A stretch of DNA of 63,875 bases from Candidatus Caribbeanibacter nitroreducens (GCA_947581645.1 CANPVF010000022.1:1-63875); one strand, 5' to 3'. Shown: positions 42,476 to 50,724, counted from the stretch's first letter. The notes: generated by a model from the sequence alone, not told the origin. Numbers and translations: made by a program.

Positions 42476-45400
42476 TCACCGGAAGTCGCGGCTGGTGACC
42501 TCCCCGGCGCCCGCCCGGGGGTCCACCGCGAAGACCCGCTCCGTCTGCACGTTCACCACCTCCCCCTCCCGCTCCACGATCCCCTCCATGCGGAGCACGG
42601 GGCTGCGGACCAGCACGGAGCGGCGCTCCTCCAGCAGGTCCGGGGTGACCACGAAGTTGGCGAAGCCGGTCTCGTCCTCCAGGGTGACGAACATCACGCC
42701 CCGGGCCGTCTTCGGCCGCTGGCGGACGATGGCGATCCCGGCCACCGCCACCTCGGCCCCGGCGGGCTGACGGGCCAGCTCCTCCGCCGACAGCACCCCC
42801 TTCCGCCGCAGCCGCTCCCGCAGGAACTCCATGGGATGCCCCTCCGTGGAGAGGCCCACCGTGCGGTAGTCCGCCCGCACCCGCTCCGCCCGGGAGAGGG
42901 GCGGGAGGCCGGCGCGGCGCGGAGGCTCATCGTCCGCCGCTGCGCCCCCGCCCGTCTCCGCGGAGACGTCTCCGGCCGAGCTCCCGCTCCCCTCCCCACT
43001 CCCGTCGCCGGCCCGGGGGCGGGGCGCCAGGGGCCCGGCGTCGCCCCGGAGCTCCCTGAGCAGCTCCCACAGCGCCTCCCGGCGGCCGGGCCACAGGGAG
43101 TCGAAGGCGCCGGCCTCGGCCAGGGTCCTCAGCTCCGGCTCGCCCAGGCCGCTCCGCTCCACCACGTCCTCCACGGAGGTGAAGGGGCCCTCCTCGCGGG
43201 CCCGCCTCAGCTCCTCCTCGGCGCGGCTGCCCAGCCCCCGCACCAGGCGGAGCCCCATCCGCAGGGCGGGGGCGTCGCCGCCCTCCCGCGGCTCCAGGGT
43301 GCAGTCCCACGCCGAGCGGGCCAGGTCCACGGGCCGCACCTCCACGCCGTGCCGCTTCGCGTCCTCCACCAGCGTGGAGGGGGCGTAGAAGCCCATGGGC
43401 TGGGCGTTCAGCGTGGCGCAGAAGAACTCCGGCGCGAAGTGCCGCTTCAGGTACGAGGACGCGTAGACCAGCAGCGCGAAGCTCAGGGCGTGGCTCTCCG
43501 GGAAGCCGTAGTTGGAGAAGGCGGTGAGCTGCCGGAACACCTTCTCCCGGGCCTCCGGCGGCACGTCGTTCTCCTCCAAACCCTCGGCCAGCTCCCGCCC
43601 CACGCGGCTCATCTCCCGCTCCGAGCGCTTGAAGCCCATGGCCCGCCGCAGCCGGTCGGCCTGGGCCGGGGTGAAGCCCGCCAGCTCGATGGCCACCCGC
43701 ATCCCCTGCTCCTGGAAGAGCGGCACGCCCAGGGTCCGCTCCAGCACCGGCTTCAGCCGTTCGTCCAGGTAGGTCACCTCCTCCTCGCCCCGCCGGCGCC
43801 GCAGGTAGGGGTGGACCATCTCCCCCTGGATGGGACCGGGCCGGATCAGCGCCACCTCGATGGCCAGGTCGTAGAAGGAGCGCGGCTCCACCCGGGGGAG
43901 GGTGTTCATCTGCGCCCGGGACTCGATCTGGAACACCCCCACCGTGTCCGCCTCGCAGATCATGTCGTAGGTGGCCCCGTCCCCCTGCGGGATCTCCGCC
44001 AGGTCCAGGGACACGCCCCGGGTCCGGCGCAGGTGGGCCAGCGTCTCGCCCAGCACCGTGAGCATGCCGAGGCCCAGCAGGTCGATCTTGATCATCCCCA
44101 CCAGGGCCAGGTCGTCCTTGTCCCACTGGATGATGGTCCGCCCCTCCATGGAGGCCTCCTCCACGGGCACCGTCTCCCCCACCGGCCGTTTCCCGATCAC
44201 GAAGCCGCCCACGTGGATCGACCGGTGCCGGGGCAGGCGGTCCAGGCCGCGGACCACGTGGATCAGGGCCCGGGTCCGCGCCGCTCCCGGGTCCAGCCCC
44301 GCCCGGGCGGCGCCCCCCTCCTCCAGCCGCCCGGCGGCGTCCTCCGCCTCCCCGCGGTCCACCTCCGCCGCCAGCTCGTCGGCGGTCTCCTGCCCGAAGC
44401 CCAGCACCCGGGCCGCGTCGCGGACCGCCATCCGCCCCCGGTAGGTGATGCTCTCGCACACCATGGCCGCGTGGTCCCGCCCGTAGCGCCGGTAGACGTA
44501 CTGCAGCACCTCCTCCCGGTCGTCGTGGGCGATGTCCAGGTCGATGTCCGGCGCCTCGCCCCGCTCCTCCGACAGGAAGCGCTCGAAGAGCAGGTCCATG
44601 CCCACCGGGTCCACGGCCGTGATCCCCAGGCAGTAGCAGACCGCCGAGTTCGCCGCCGACCCCCGCCCCTGCACCAGGATCCCCCGCCGATTCGCGAATC
44701 GCACGATGTCCCAGACGATGAGGAAGTAGTCCGCCAGCTCCAGTCGCTGGACGACGTCCAGCTCGTGCTCGATCTGCTCGCGGTGCTCCGGGCCGAAGTC
44801 CTCTCCGTACCGCTCGCGGGCCCCCTGCCCCACCAGGGCCCGGAGGAACTCCCCCGAGGAGCGGCCGCCCGGGACGTCGAAGGAGGGGAGGCGGGGCTCC
44901 AGGTCCGAGATCCGAAAGGAGCAGCTCTCCGCGACCCGGGCGGTGCGGCGGAGGGCGCGGCAGCCCCTGCAAGTGCACGGGGAGGCCCCGGGACGGCTCG
45001 ATCGCTCGGAGGGAGTCGCTCCCTCGCCGTCCCGGGCGCCTCCCCTCGCGCGGTGGGTGGAGTCGTCCCGCCCGGTGCCCGGTGCTCCCGGTGGCGACGC
45101 GGGGGAGTCCGGGGCCCCGGACGAGCGACTCTGTCGCAGCGAAGGAGATCCGGGAGGACGCGAAGCGTCCGAGCTAGCTCCGGAGCGATCGCGACAGCCC
45201 GAGCGAGACCGGGGCCCCGGATCCCCCCGCTCGCACCACCGCACCCGCATCTGGCGGGCCGACTTCAGATACCACTCGCCGTTGGGGCGCAGGCGGTCGC
45301 CGGCCCCGTCCAGGGTGACGTCGTGGCGGAGGCAGGTGAGCACGTCCTGGACGATCCGGTCCCGGGGGCGGGCGTAGAGGGGCGCGTTCACCGGGAGCCA

Positions 45401-45979
45401 GGGGATCCCGGCCTCCTCCGCCCGCTCGACCCACGCCGCGCACGCCCGGGCCTCCTCCGGCAGGCCGTGGTGCTCCAGGGCCAGGTACAGACGGTCGCCG
45501 AAGAGACGATCGAGCTGCTCCAGGACGGGCGGCGTCTCCGCGGAGACGTCTCCGCCCCCGGCGACGACCCGGGCCAGGGCCACGACCCCCTGCGTGCGTC
45601 CCTTCAGGACGCCCCGCGGGAGCGAGGGCTCGCCCCGGGGGTTGGAGCGGCGGGCCCGGGTGATCAGCGACGAGAGGTTCGCGTACCCCTCCCGGTTCCG
45701 ACACAGGAGCACGACCGGCGGCCACCCCTCCCGCCTCACCTCGCCCCCCACCAGCGGCTCCACGCCCTCCGCCCGGCAGGCCCGGGCGAAGCGGACCGCC
45801 CCGCCCAGGTCGAAGCGGTCCGTCAGGGCCAGGGCCGGGGCGCCGATCTCGCCGGCCCGCTCGGCCAGGGCCTCCGGCGTGGAGGCCCCCTCCAGGAGGG
45901 TGAAGGCGGAGCGGGCGGCCAGCTCCACGTAGGGGGGCGAGTCGCCGTCCGGGGACGGCCCGCCGCTCAGTCCCACCAT
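42476..45979 (-). CDS. dnaE2: Error-prone DNA polymerase DnaE2 (ImuC), with insertions
   Basis: GRGSAANSAVCY, LLFERFLS, PDIDLDI, PRHRSIHVGGF, KIDLLGLGML, YGFPESHA, C-terminal SRDFR; downstream of imuA-imuB. Start position uncertain. Confidence 0.95.
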   Translation of the reverse strand: MVGLSGGPSPDGDSPPYVELAARSAFTLLEGASTPEALAERAGEIGAPALALTDRFDLGGAVRFARACRAEGVEPLVGGEVRREGWPPVVLLCRNREGYANLSSLITRARRSNPRGEPSLPRGVLKGRTQGVVALARVVAGGGDVSAETPPVLEQLDRLFGDRLYLALEHHGLPEEARACAAWVERAEEAGIPWLPVNAPLYARPRDRIVQDVLTCLRHDVTLDGAGDRLRPNGEWYLKSARQMRVRWCERGDPGPRSRSGCRDRSGASSDASRPPGSPSLRQSRSSGAPDSPASPPGAPGTGRDDSTHRARGGARDGEGATPSERSSRPGASPCTCRGCRALRRTARVAESCSFRISDLEPRLPSFDVPGGRSSGEFLRALVGQGARERYGEDFGPEHREQIEHELDVVQRLELADYFLIVWDIVRFANRRGILVQGRGSAANSAVCYCLGITAVDPVGMDLLFERFLSEERGEAPDIDLDIAHDDREEVLQYVYRRYGRDHAAMVCESITYRGRMAVRDAARVLGFGQETADELAAEVDRGEAEDAAGRLEEGGAARAGLDPGAARTRALIHVVRGLDRLPRHRSIHVGGFVIGKRPVGETVPVEEASMEGRTIIQWDKDDLALVGMIKIDLLGLGMLTVLGETLAHLRRTRGVSLDLAEIPQGDGATYDMICEADTVGVFQIESRAQMNTLPRVEPRSFYDLAIEVALIRPGPIQGEMVHPYLRRRRGEEEVTYLDERLKPVLERTLGVPLFQEQGMRVAIELAGFTPAQADRLRRAMGFKRSEREMSRVGRELAEGLEENDVPPEAREKVFRQLTAFSNYGFPESHALSFALLVYASSYLKRHFAPEFFCATLNAQPMGFYAPSTLVEDAKRHGVEVRPVDLARSAWDCTLEPREGGDAPALRMGLRLVRGLGSRAEEELRRAREEGPFTSVEDVVERSGLGEPELRTLAEAGAFDSLWPGRREALWELLRELRGDAGPLAPRPRAGDGSGEGSGSSAGDVSAETGGGAAADDEPPRRAGLPPLSRAERVRADYRTVGLSTEGHPMEFLRERLRRKGVLSAEELARQPAGAEVAVAGIAIVRQRPKTARGVMFVTLEDETGFANFVVTPDLLEERRSVLVRSPVLRMEGIVEREGEVVNVQTERVFAVDPRAGAGEVTSRDFR
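42953..42974. repeat. Palindromic 22-mer CGTCTCCGCGGAGACGTCTCCG inside dnaE2 (encodes GDVSAET)
   Basis: Exact copy at 45533-45554. Confidence 0.85.
45114..45207 (-). repeat. 94-bp structured repeat, in-frame copy inside dnaE2
   Basis: Inverted copy of 42334-42427; translated as part of SRSGCRDRSGASSDASRPPGSPSLRQSRSSGA. Confidence 0.92.
45533..45554. repeat. Palindromic 22-mer CGTCTCCGCGGAGACGTCTCCG inside the dnaE2 PHP region
   Basis: Exact copy at 42953-42974. Confidence 0.85.
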
Positions 45980-47391
45980 CCGTGCAGCCACCAGCGGGGC
46001 TCCCCGTCCTCCGCCGCCTCCCGGTACAGCCACAGCAGCTCGCCGGCCTCCGTGCACACCCGGTAGTACTCGCGCCGGTACGGGTCCCGCCACCAGTCGC
46101 CGGACAGCCGCTCCGGCCCCTCGGCGGCGGCCAGCTCGTGGACGCCCCCGTCGTCCCGGAGGGCCGCCGGGCGGTCGCCGTCGGCCCGCACGCCGACCCG
46201 ACGCGGCTCCGGCAGGAGGCGGAGGACGCCGGGGACCCCGCCGTCCTCCGCGGAGAGACGATCGTCCCTCTCGCCGGCACTCCCGCCGGACTCCCCGCCG
46301 GGCGCGGGCCGGTCGCCGGCCTCCACGGGCCGCCACCGGCTCCGCCTCTCCGGCCGGTGGTCCGGGAGCGGGTCCGGGCGCACGACCCACTCCTCGTCCG
46401 GGGCCCGGGCCCGGAGCCGGGCCAGCGTGGCGGCCACGGCGGCGGGGTCCCGCCTCCCGGATGCGAAGAGGTCCCCCTGGCGCACTTCCGCCGGCGCCCG
46501 CTCCGGGACTTCGACAGCCACGGCGGCCACCGGCGCCGGGAGGCCCGTTCCGTCCGGCGCTCCCTCGGCCCGCTCCAGGGCCGCCCGGCACAGGTCCAGG
46601 AGCAGGTCCTCCCGCCGGGTGGGACGGGCCGGCGCGATCTCCGCCTCCTTCGTCTCCCCGCCGTCGGTCTCGAGCCGCAGGAGGACCCGCTCCGCGCACC
46701 GCCCCTCCTCCTCCAGGTCGCCGCACAGGCGGGCCAGGAGCCTCCGCAGCACGAAGAGGAGGGGCTCGGTCTCCCGCACCGCGCCGTCGAGCTCCATGGA
46801 CGCCGACGGCACGGGCTCCGGCGAGAGGGCCGGGAAGACCCGATCGTCCTCCCCCCGGGCCCAGCGGTGCAGGCGGATCCCCTCCGGCCCGAACCGGGCC
46901 TCCAGCTCCTCCCGGTCCCGGGCGGCCACCTTGCCCACCCGGCCGAGCCCCAGGGTGCGGAGCGTCTCCTTCGTCTCCTCGGAGACGGGCAGCAGGCCCA
47001 CCGGGAGGGAGGCCAGGAAGGCCGCCTCCTCTCCGGCCGGGACGATCACCGTCGGCTCGTCCCCGCCGCTCCCCTCCCCGCCCCATTCCTCACGGAGGAT
47101 CGCCAGGCGGGAAGCGGCGTCCGCCGCCACGCCGGACCCCGCGATCCCCACGCCGGCCGGATCCGCCTCCCGGCGCCGGACTGCCCGGTGGAGGCGACGG
47201 GCCAGCGCCTCCCCGCCGCCCCGCCGCTCCCAGCCGCGGGCGTCGGCCCGGCACAGGCCGGGGCCGGCCACCGCCACCCGGGGCGTGGCCTCGAAGAGGG
47301 CGGTGGCCAGCTCCCGGGTCCGGGTCAGGTCCCCGTCCTCCCCGAGCGCCGGGAGGCAGACCGAGGCGACGCGCTCCCTCCCGCCGGTCAT
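45967..47391 (-). CDS. imuB: ImuB, catalytically inactive Y-family polymerase homolog
   Basis: GIAG...AA, FLASLPV, LRTLGL, LEARFG, QGDLF clamp-binding motif, GPERLSGDWW...REYY, WWLHGWWD. Confidence 0.9.
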   Translation of the reverse strand: MTGGRERVASVCLPALGEDGDLTRTRELATALFEATPRVAVAGPGLCRADARGWERRGGGEALARRLHRAVRRREADPAGVGIAGSGVAADAASRLAILREEWGGEGSGGDEPTVIVPAGEEAAFLASLPVGLLPVSEETKETLRTLGLGRVGKVAARDREELEARFGPEGIRLHRWARGEDDRVFPALSPEPVPSASMELDGAVRETEPLLFVLRRLLARLCGDLEEEGRCAERVLLRLETDGGETKEAEIAPARPTRREDLLLDLCRAALERAEGAPDGTGLPAPVAAVAVEVPERAPAEVRQGDLFASGRRDPAAVAATLARLRARAPDEEWVVRPDPLPDHRPERRSRWRPVEAGDRPAPGGESGGSAGERDDRLSAEDGGVPGVLRLLPEPRRVGVRADGDRPAALRDDGGVHELAAAEGPERLSGDWWRDPYRREYYRVCTEAGELLWLYREAAEDGEPRWWLHGWWD

Positions 47392-48170
47392 CGCCTCCCC
47401 TTCCGGTCCCGACCGGACGCGGGGACCGAGCGGCGCGGGAGCTCGGGGCACAGCACCGGCACCTCGCGTCTCCCGCCCGAGCCGGGGAGCCGGACCCAGA
47501 GGGGACGGAAGCCCGGGAGGAACGGGCCGAAGAGGCGCTTCCCCACGGGCTCCACGCGCCCGGGCCGGAAGCGGAGGCGGAGGGCCGCCACGGGGAGCCG
47601 GCCGGCCGCCACGAAGAGGGAGCCCGACTCCTCCGCCAGTCGCTGGAGGCGGATCACGGCGCTTCGCCCCAGGGCCGGCGCGCCGCTCTCCCGACGTCCC
47701 CCCGCCTCCCGGCCGGCTCCGCCGTCTTCCGGCGACGCCGGTGCCTCACCACCCGGGACCAGGGCCACGCCCCCGAAGGCCCCGCTCCGGAGCAGGAGGT
47801 CGGCACACCAGCTCGCCTCCTGCGGGTCCGAGGGCCGGACGACCCAGAAGCCGCTGTCCTCGCCGGCCAGGGGCGCCCAGTCCGGCGCGTACAGGGTCCG
47901 GCGGGCGTCCACCAGGGCCACGCTCTCGCCGCGGGCCCGGAGCCGGGCGAGCACGGAGCGGAGGAGCGCGGTCTTCCCGCAGGAGCGGGGTCCGACCCAC
48001 TCCACCGCCTCCCCGCGGGGGAGGCCGCCGCGGGGGAGGAGCTCGTCCAGGGCGTCGACGCCGGTGGGCGCCACCTCCCCGCCGGACTCCGGGACCCTGG
48101 ACGGGGAGCGGCTCTCCTGCAGGCGGTCGATCCTCCGCTCGAGCTTCTCGATGACGGCGGAATCGGCCAT
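47388..48170 (-). CDS. imuA: ImuA / RecA-like accessory protein
   Basis: PTGVDALDELLPRGGLPRG, GPRSCGKT, ALVD, WCADLLLRSGAF, RLQRLAEE; ATG with GGAGGAG RBS. Confidence 0.87.
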   Translation of the reverse strand: MADSAVIEKLERRIDRLQESRSPSRVPESGGEVAPTGVDALDELLPRGGLPRGEAVEWVGPRSCGKTALLRSVLARLRARGESVALVDARRTLYAPDWAPLAGEDSGFWVVRPSDPQEASWCADLLLRSGAFGGVALVPGGEAPASPEDGGAGREAGGRRESGAPALGRSAVIRLQRLAEESGSLFVAAGRLPVAALRLRFRPGRVEPVGKRLFGPFLPGFRPLWVRLPGSGGRREVPVLCPELPRRSVPASGRDRKGRR

Positions 48171-48247
48171 CGTCTCCTCCTGCGTCTCCACGGGCCGGGC
48201 CGGGAGGCGGGAGCCGGCCGCGCGGTACGGCCGGGCGGAGCCACCTC

Positions 48248-48304
48248 CCGAACAGAAACCGAAAATGGACGGCCACTATACCGAACAGAGGCCGAAAGTG
48301 TCAA
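48248..48304 (-). promoter_or_regulatory. imuA promoter (TTGACA-N18-TATAGT) with two CCGAACAGANNCCGAAA operator candidates
   Basis: On the minus strand, -35 at 48299-48304 and -10 at 48275-48280; 17-bp direct repeats at 48248-48264 and 48281-48297. Confidence 0.75.
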
Positions 48305-48489
48305 GGGGTGGAGGCGGGAACGTCGTCGTCTCCGCGGAGGCGCGCCCGGAGGGGGAAAGGGCGGGCCCGTTCCGCGATCAGCCGATCAGCCCGGCATCCG
48401 GCGAGGAGAGCATGTACGGGTGGGTGGGCCCTCGGTCGGGGGGACGAGCACCCCGCAGCTGAAGCACGTCTCCCGGTCGGAGGGCTCGC

Positions 48490-48858
48490 TCAGTCCTCTC
48501 TCCCCGCCGGCTCGAGCCAGCCGGCGCCGTTCTCGATCGGGTTACGTCCTCCGTGGCGGTCCAGCCAGGACAGGATCGTCCTCACGTGGGCACCGGGATC
48601 GTCGTTCGAAATCGAGGGGGCCAGGAACAGCACGCCCGGGAACGACCGTCCCTCGCGGTTCATCACCTCCACCAGACGGGTGAAGTCGCCGTAGTTGCGG
48701 GTGACGACGATCCGCTCCTCCCGGACCGCGTATTCCAGGACTTCGACGTCGTCGGCGTCCTCCAGCCCGACGTCGCCCACGTGCTCGACGTCGACTCCGT
48801 GGCGCTGGAGCTCCCCGCAGGCTGCGTGGTGGACGTGGTTGTCGAACAGGAGACGCAC
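48490..48858 (-). CDS. DUF5615/PIN-like toxin (VapC45-like)
   Basis: RLLFDNHV, HGVDVEHV, DDVEVLEYA, RIVVTRNYGDF. Confidence 0.85.
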   Translation of the reverse strand: MRLLFDNHVHHAACGELQRHGVDVEHVGDVGLEDADDVEVLEYAVREERIVVTRNYGDFTRLVEVMNREGRSFPGVLFLAPSISNDDPGAHVRTILSWLDRHGGRNPIENGAGWLEPAGRED

Positions 48859-48864
48859 GTGCCG

Positions 48865-49266
48865 TCAGCCCAGGCGGTCCGCCAGCGCCTCTCCGACACG
48901 CTCGTTCTCCTCGATGCGGTCGTCGACGCGATCCGGGAAGCGCTCGTAGTAGTCGAGTGCCTCGTCCACGGCCTCGGCCTCCAGCCACCCGAAGTGCTCG
49001 CGCAGCCCCTCGCGGTCCTCCCCGTAGGAGGAGGCGACCATCACGATCTCCCACACCTCCGGCCCGCCCCGCACCGCGGCGTACCGGCCAGTCAGCCCTT
49101 CACGGAACTCGATCCGGTCGTAGGCGCGCAGGGCCCACCATTCCTCCAGGGCCCGCCGCATGCCCTCCGACGTGCTCATCCCGGCTCGCTCGAACTCTTC
49201 CTCCAGCTCGTCCTCGAGCCAGGCGGGCAGGCGAAGGCTGGTGGGCTGATCGGACAGCTTCGACAT
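48865..49266 (-). CDS. RHH + DUF433-type antitoxin
   Basis: TSLRLP RHH-like start, IEFREGLTGRYAAVRGGPEVWEIV, VDEALDYYERFPDRVD; directly upstream of the PIN gene. Confidence 0.82.
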   Translation of the reverse strand: MSKLSDQPTSLRLPAWLEDELEEEFERAGMSTSEGMRRALEEWWALRAYDRIEFREGLTGRYAAVRGGPEVWEIVMVASSYGEDREGLREHFGWLEAEAVDEALDYYERFPDRVDDRIEENERVGEALADRLG

Positions 49267-49291
49267 CGTTCCCTCCGGACTGATGCTGCAG

Positions 49292-49312
49292 TCGTGTACG
49301 TCGTATACACGA
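49292..49312. promoter_or_regulatory. Inverted repeat TCGTGTA-N7-TACACGA, probable TA autoregulatory operator
   Basis: Seen directly, about 25 bp upstream of the antitoxin start. Confidence 0.55.
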
Positions 49313-49435
49313 TATACGGACTGGCGGGTCCGGCTGGTCCGGGAGAGCGTTTCCGTAGAGGGCGTTTCCGTGGAGACACGGGAAGCGCGGCGCTGGCGGG
49401 GAGAGCCCGGGGGCGGCCGGAGCCCCGGACCCGGA

Positions 49436-50470
49436 TCAGTAGATGGCCAGCAGGTCCAGGATCGGCACGCCCATGAGCGAGGAGCTGCCGGTCCGCACCC
49501 GGGCCAGCACCTCGATGGACTGGAGCGCCTTCAGGTCCTGCGCCTCGGAGAGGATCTCCGGGGGGACCGCCAGGTAGACGAAGCCCTCGGAGGAGCCGGG
49601 CGGCCGGGCCAGGAGGAAGGGCTCCCCCTCGTAGAAATCGGTGCGGATGGCCTCGGCGCGCCGGAGGGCCACGAACTGCACCGTCCACCGCACCCGGCGC
49701 CCCCGGTACTTCTCGGGATTCTGCCGCAGCTCGGCGGCGGTGAGGTCGCTCTCCACCCCCGCCGAGTCCGGGCTCACCAGCATGGGGGCCCGCACCCAGC
49801 CGTCCATCCGCACCCGGGTCCACTCACCCTTGCGGGCCAGCACTTCCAGGTCCGAGCCGGGATAGATGGTGGCCGTGCTGTCGCCGCCCCGGGCCGTGGT
49901 ATGCAGGCGGACGGACTGCCCGCCGACCACCACGTGCTCCCGGGCCGGGGCCTCGTCGTCGGTGGCGTCCGGCGAGCCGCCTCCTTCGCCCCCGCCGGAC
50001 GACCCGCTGCCCTGCCCCTCGCCGGTCTCCTGCACCTGCCGGACCTCGAGAGAGGGGGCCCACATCCAGGCCTCCCGCTGGACGCGGAACCAGTTGCCCT
50101 CCCGTCCCAGCCGGGTGAAGAGCATGCCCTCGCGGGCCCGGGCCCGGATCTCGCCATTCGGGGTGGCCCGCAGGTTCTCGCCCCCGTCGGCGGAGACCTC
50201 CAGGTCGTAGCCGTTCCGGTTCGTGGACCGGACCGAGGGGGCCCAGATCCACCCCTCCAGGCGCACCTGCCGCCACTGCCCCTGCTCCTCGAGGACGGTC
50301 ATCTCGGTGCCCTGCATCACGCTGGCCAGGCGGGTGCCCTGCGGCTCCTGCCGCAGGTTCTCCTGGTCCGCGCTCACCGTGGCCACGCTCTGGGCCCCCA
50401 GCGTCGAGGGCACGAGGAAGCCGATCAGGACCAGGAGGGACGTCACGAGCGACCGGCTGGAAGCGGGCAT
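49436..50470 (-). CDS. Secreted protein with three bacterial SH3 (SH3b)-like domains
   Basis: Signal peptide; repeats ENLR...WRQVRLEGW, ENLR...WFRVQREAW, WTRVRMDGW. Confidence 0.8.
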   Translation of the reverse strand: MPASSRSLVTSLLVLIGFLVPSTLGAQSVATVSADQENLRQEPQGTRLASVMQGTEMTVLEEQGQWRQVRLEGWIWAPSVRSTNRNGYDLEVSADGGENLRATPNGEIRARAREGMLFTRLGREGNWFRVQREAWMWAPSLEVRQVQETGEGQGSGSSGGGEGGGSPDATDDEAPAREHVVVGGQSVRLHTTARGGDSTATIYPGSDLEVLARKGEWTRVRMDGWVRAPMLVSPDSAGVESDLTAAELRQNPEKYRGRRVRWTVQFVALRRAEAIRTDFYEGEPFLLARPPGSSEGFVYLAVPPEILSEAQDLKALQSIEVLARVRTGSSSLMGVPILDLLAIY

Positions 50471-50579
50471 CGGAGGAATCGGGAACCAGGTCCGGGGAGA
50501 GAGTCTGGAAAAGCTGTGGGGTCCCGTCTACATTGGCGACCCTCCGGCCGCCAGGTGGGCCCTCGATCGAAGCTGGCCG

Positions 50580-50609
50580 AGTATACGCTCCGGTCGAAAA
50601 GGCTGTCAA
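50580..50609 (-). promoter_or_regulatory. Sigma70-like promoter TTGACA-N18-TATACT for the SH3 gene
   Basis: Near-consensus hexamers on the minus strand, in a divergent intergenic region. Confidence 0.6.
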
Positions 50610-50724
50610 TCGAACCCGAGACGGCCGGTTTCGCCCTTGCCTCGTCCCGGGATCGGGGGCCCGTCCAGCCACCCGCGTCGGGCCAGCCGATCCCGAGAAT
50701 CGATCCCAGAACGGAACGCACCAG

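Noticed and set aside
42334-45207. 94-bp repeat pair as a diversity-generating retroelement TR/VR
   Set aside because: The 7 mismatches are not adenine-specific on either strand, and there is no reverse transcriptase in the window.
44955-45235. DnaE2 insertion as an intein
   Set aside because: It starts near a Cys but is short and low-complexity, with no His-Asn/Gln C-terminus or Hint motifs.
42836-46066. Long antisense ORFs (also 6658..9012, 12104..15004, 23178..25403, 54344..57706)
   Set aside because: Shadow frames caused by high-GC codon bias opposite well-supported genes; no recognisable motifs.
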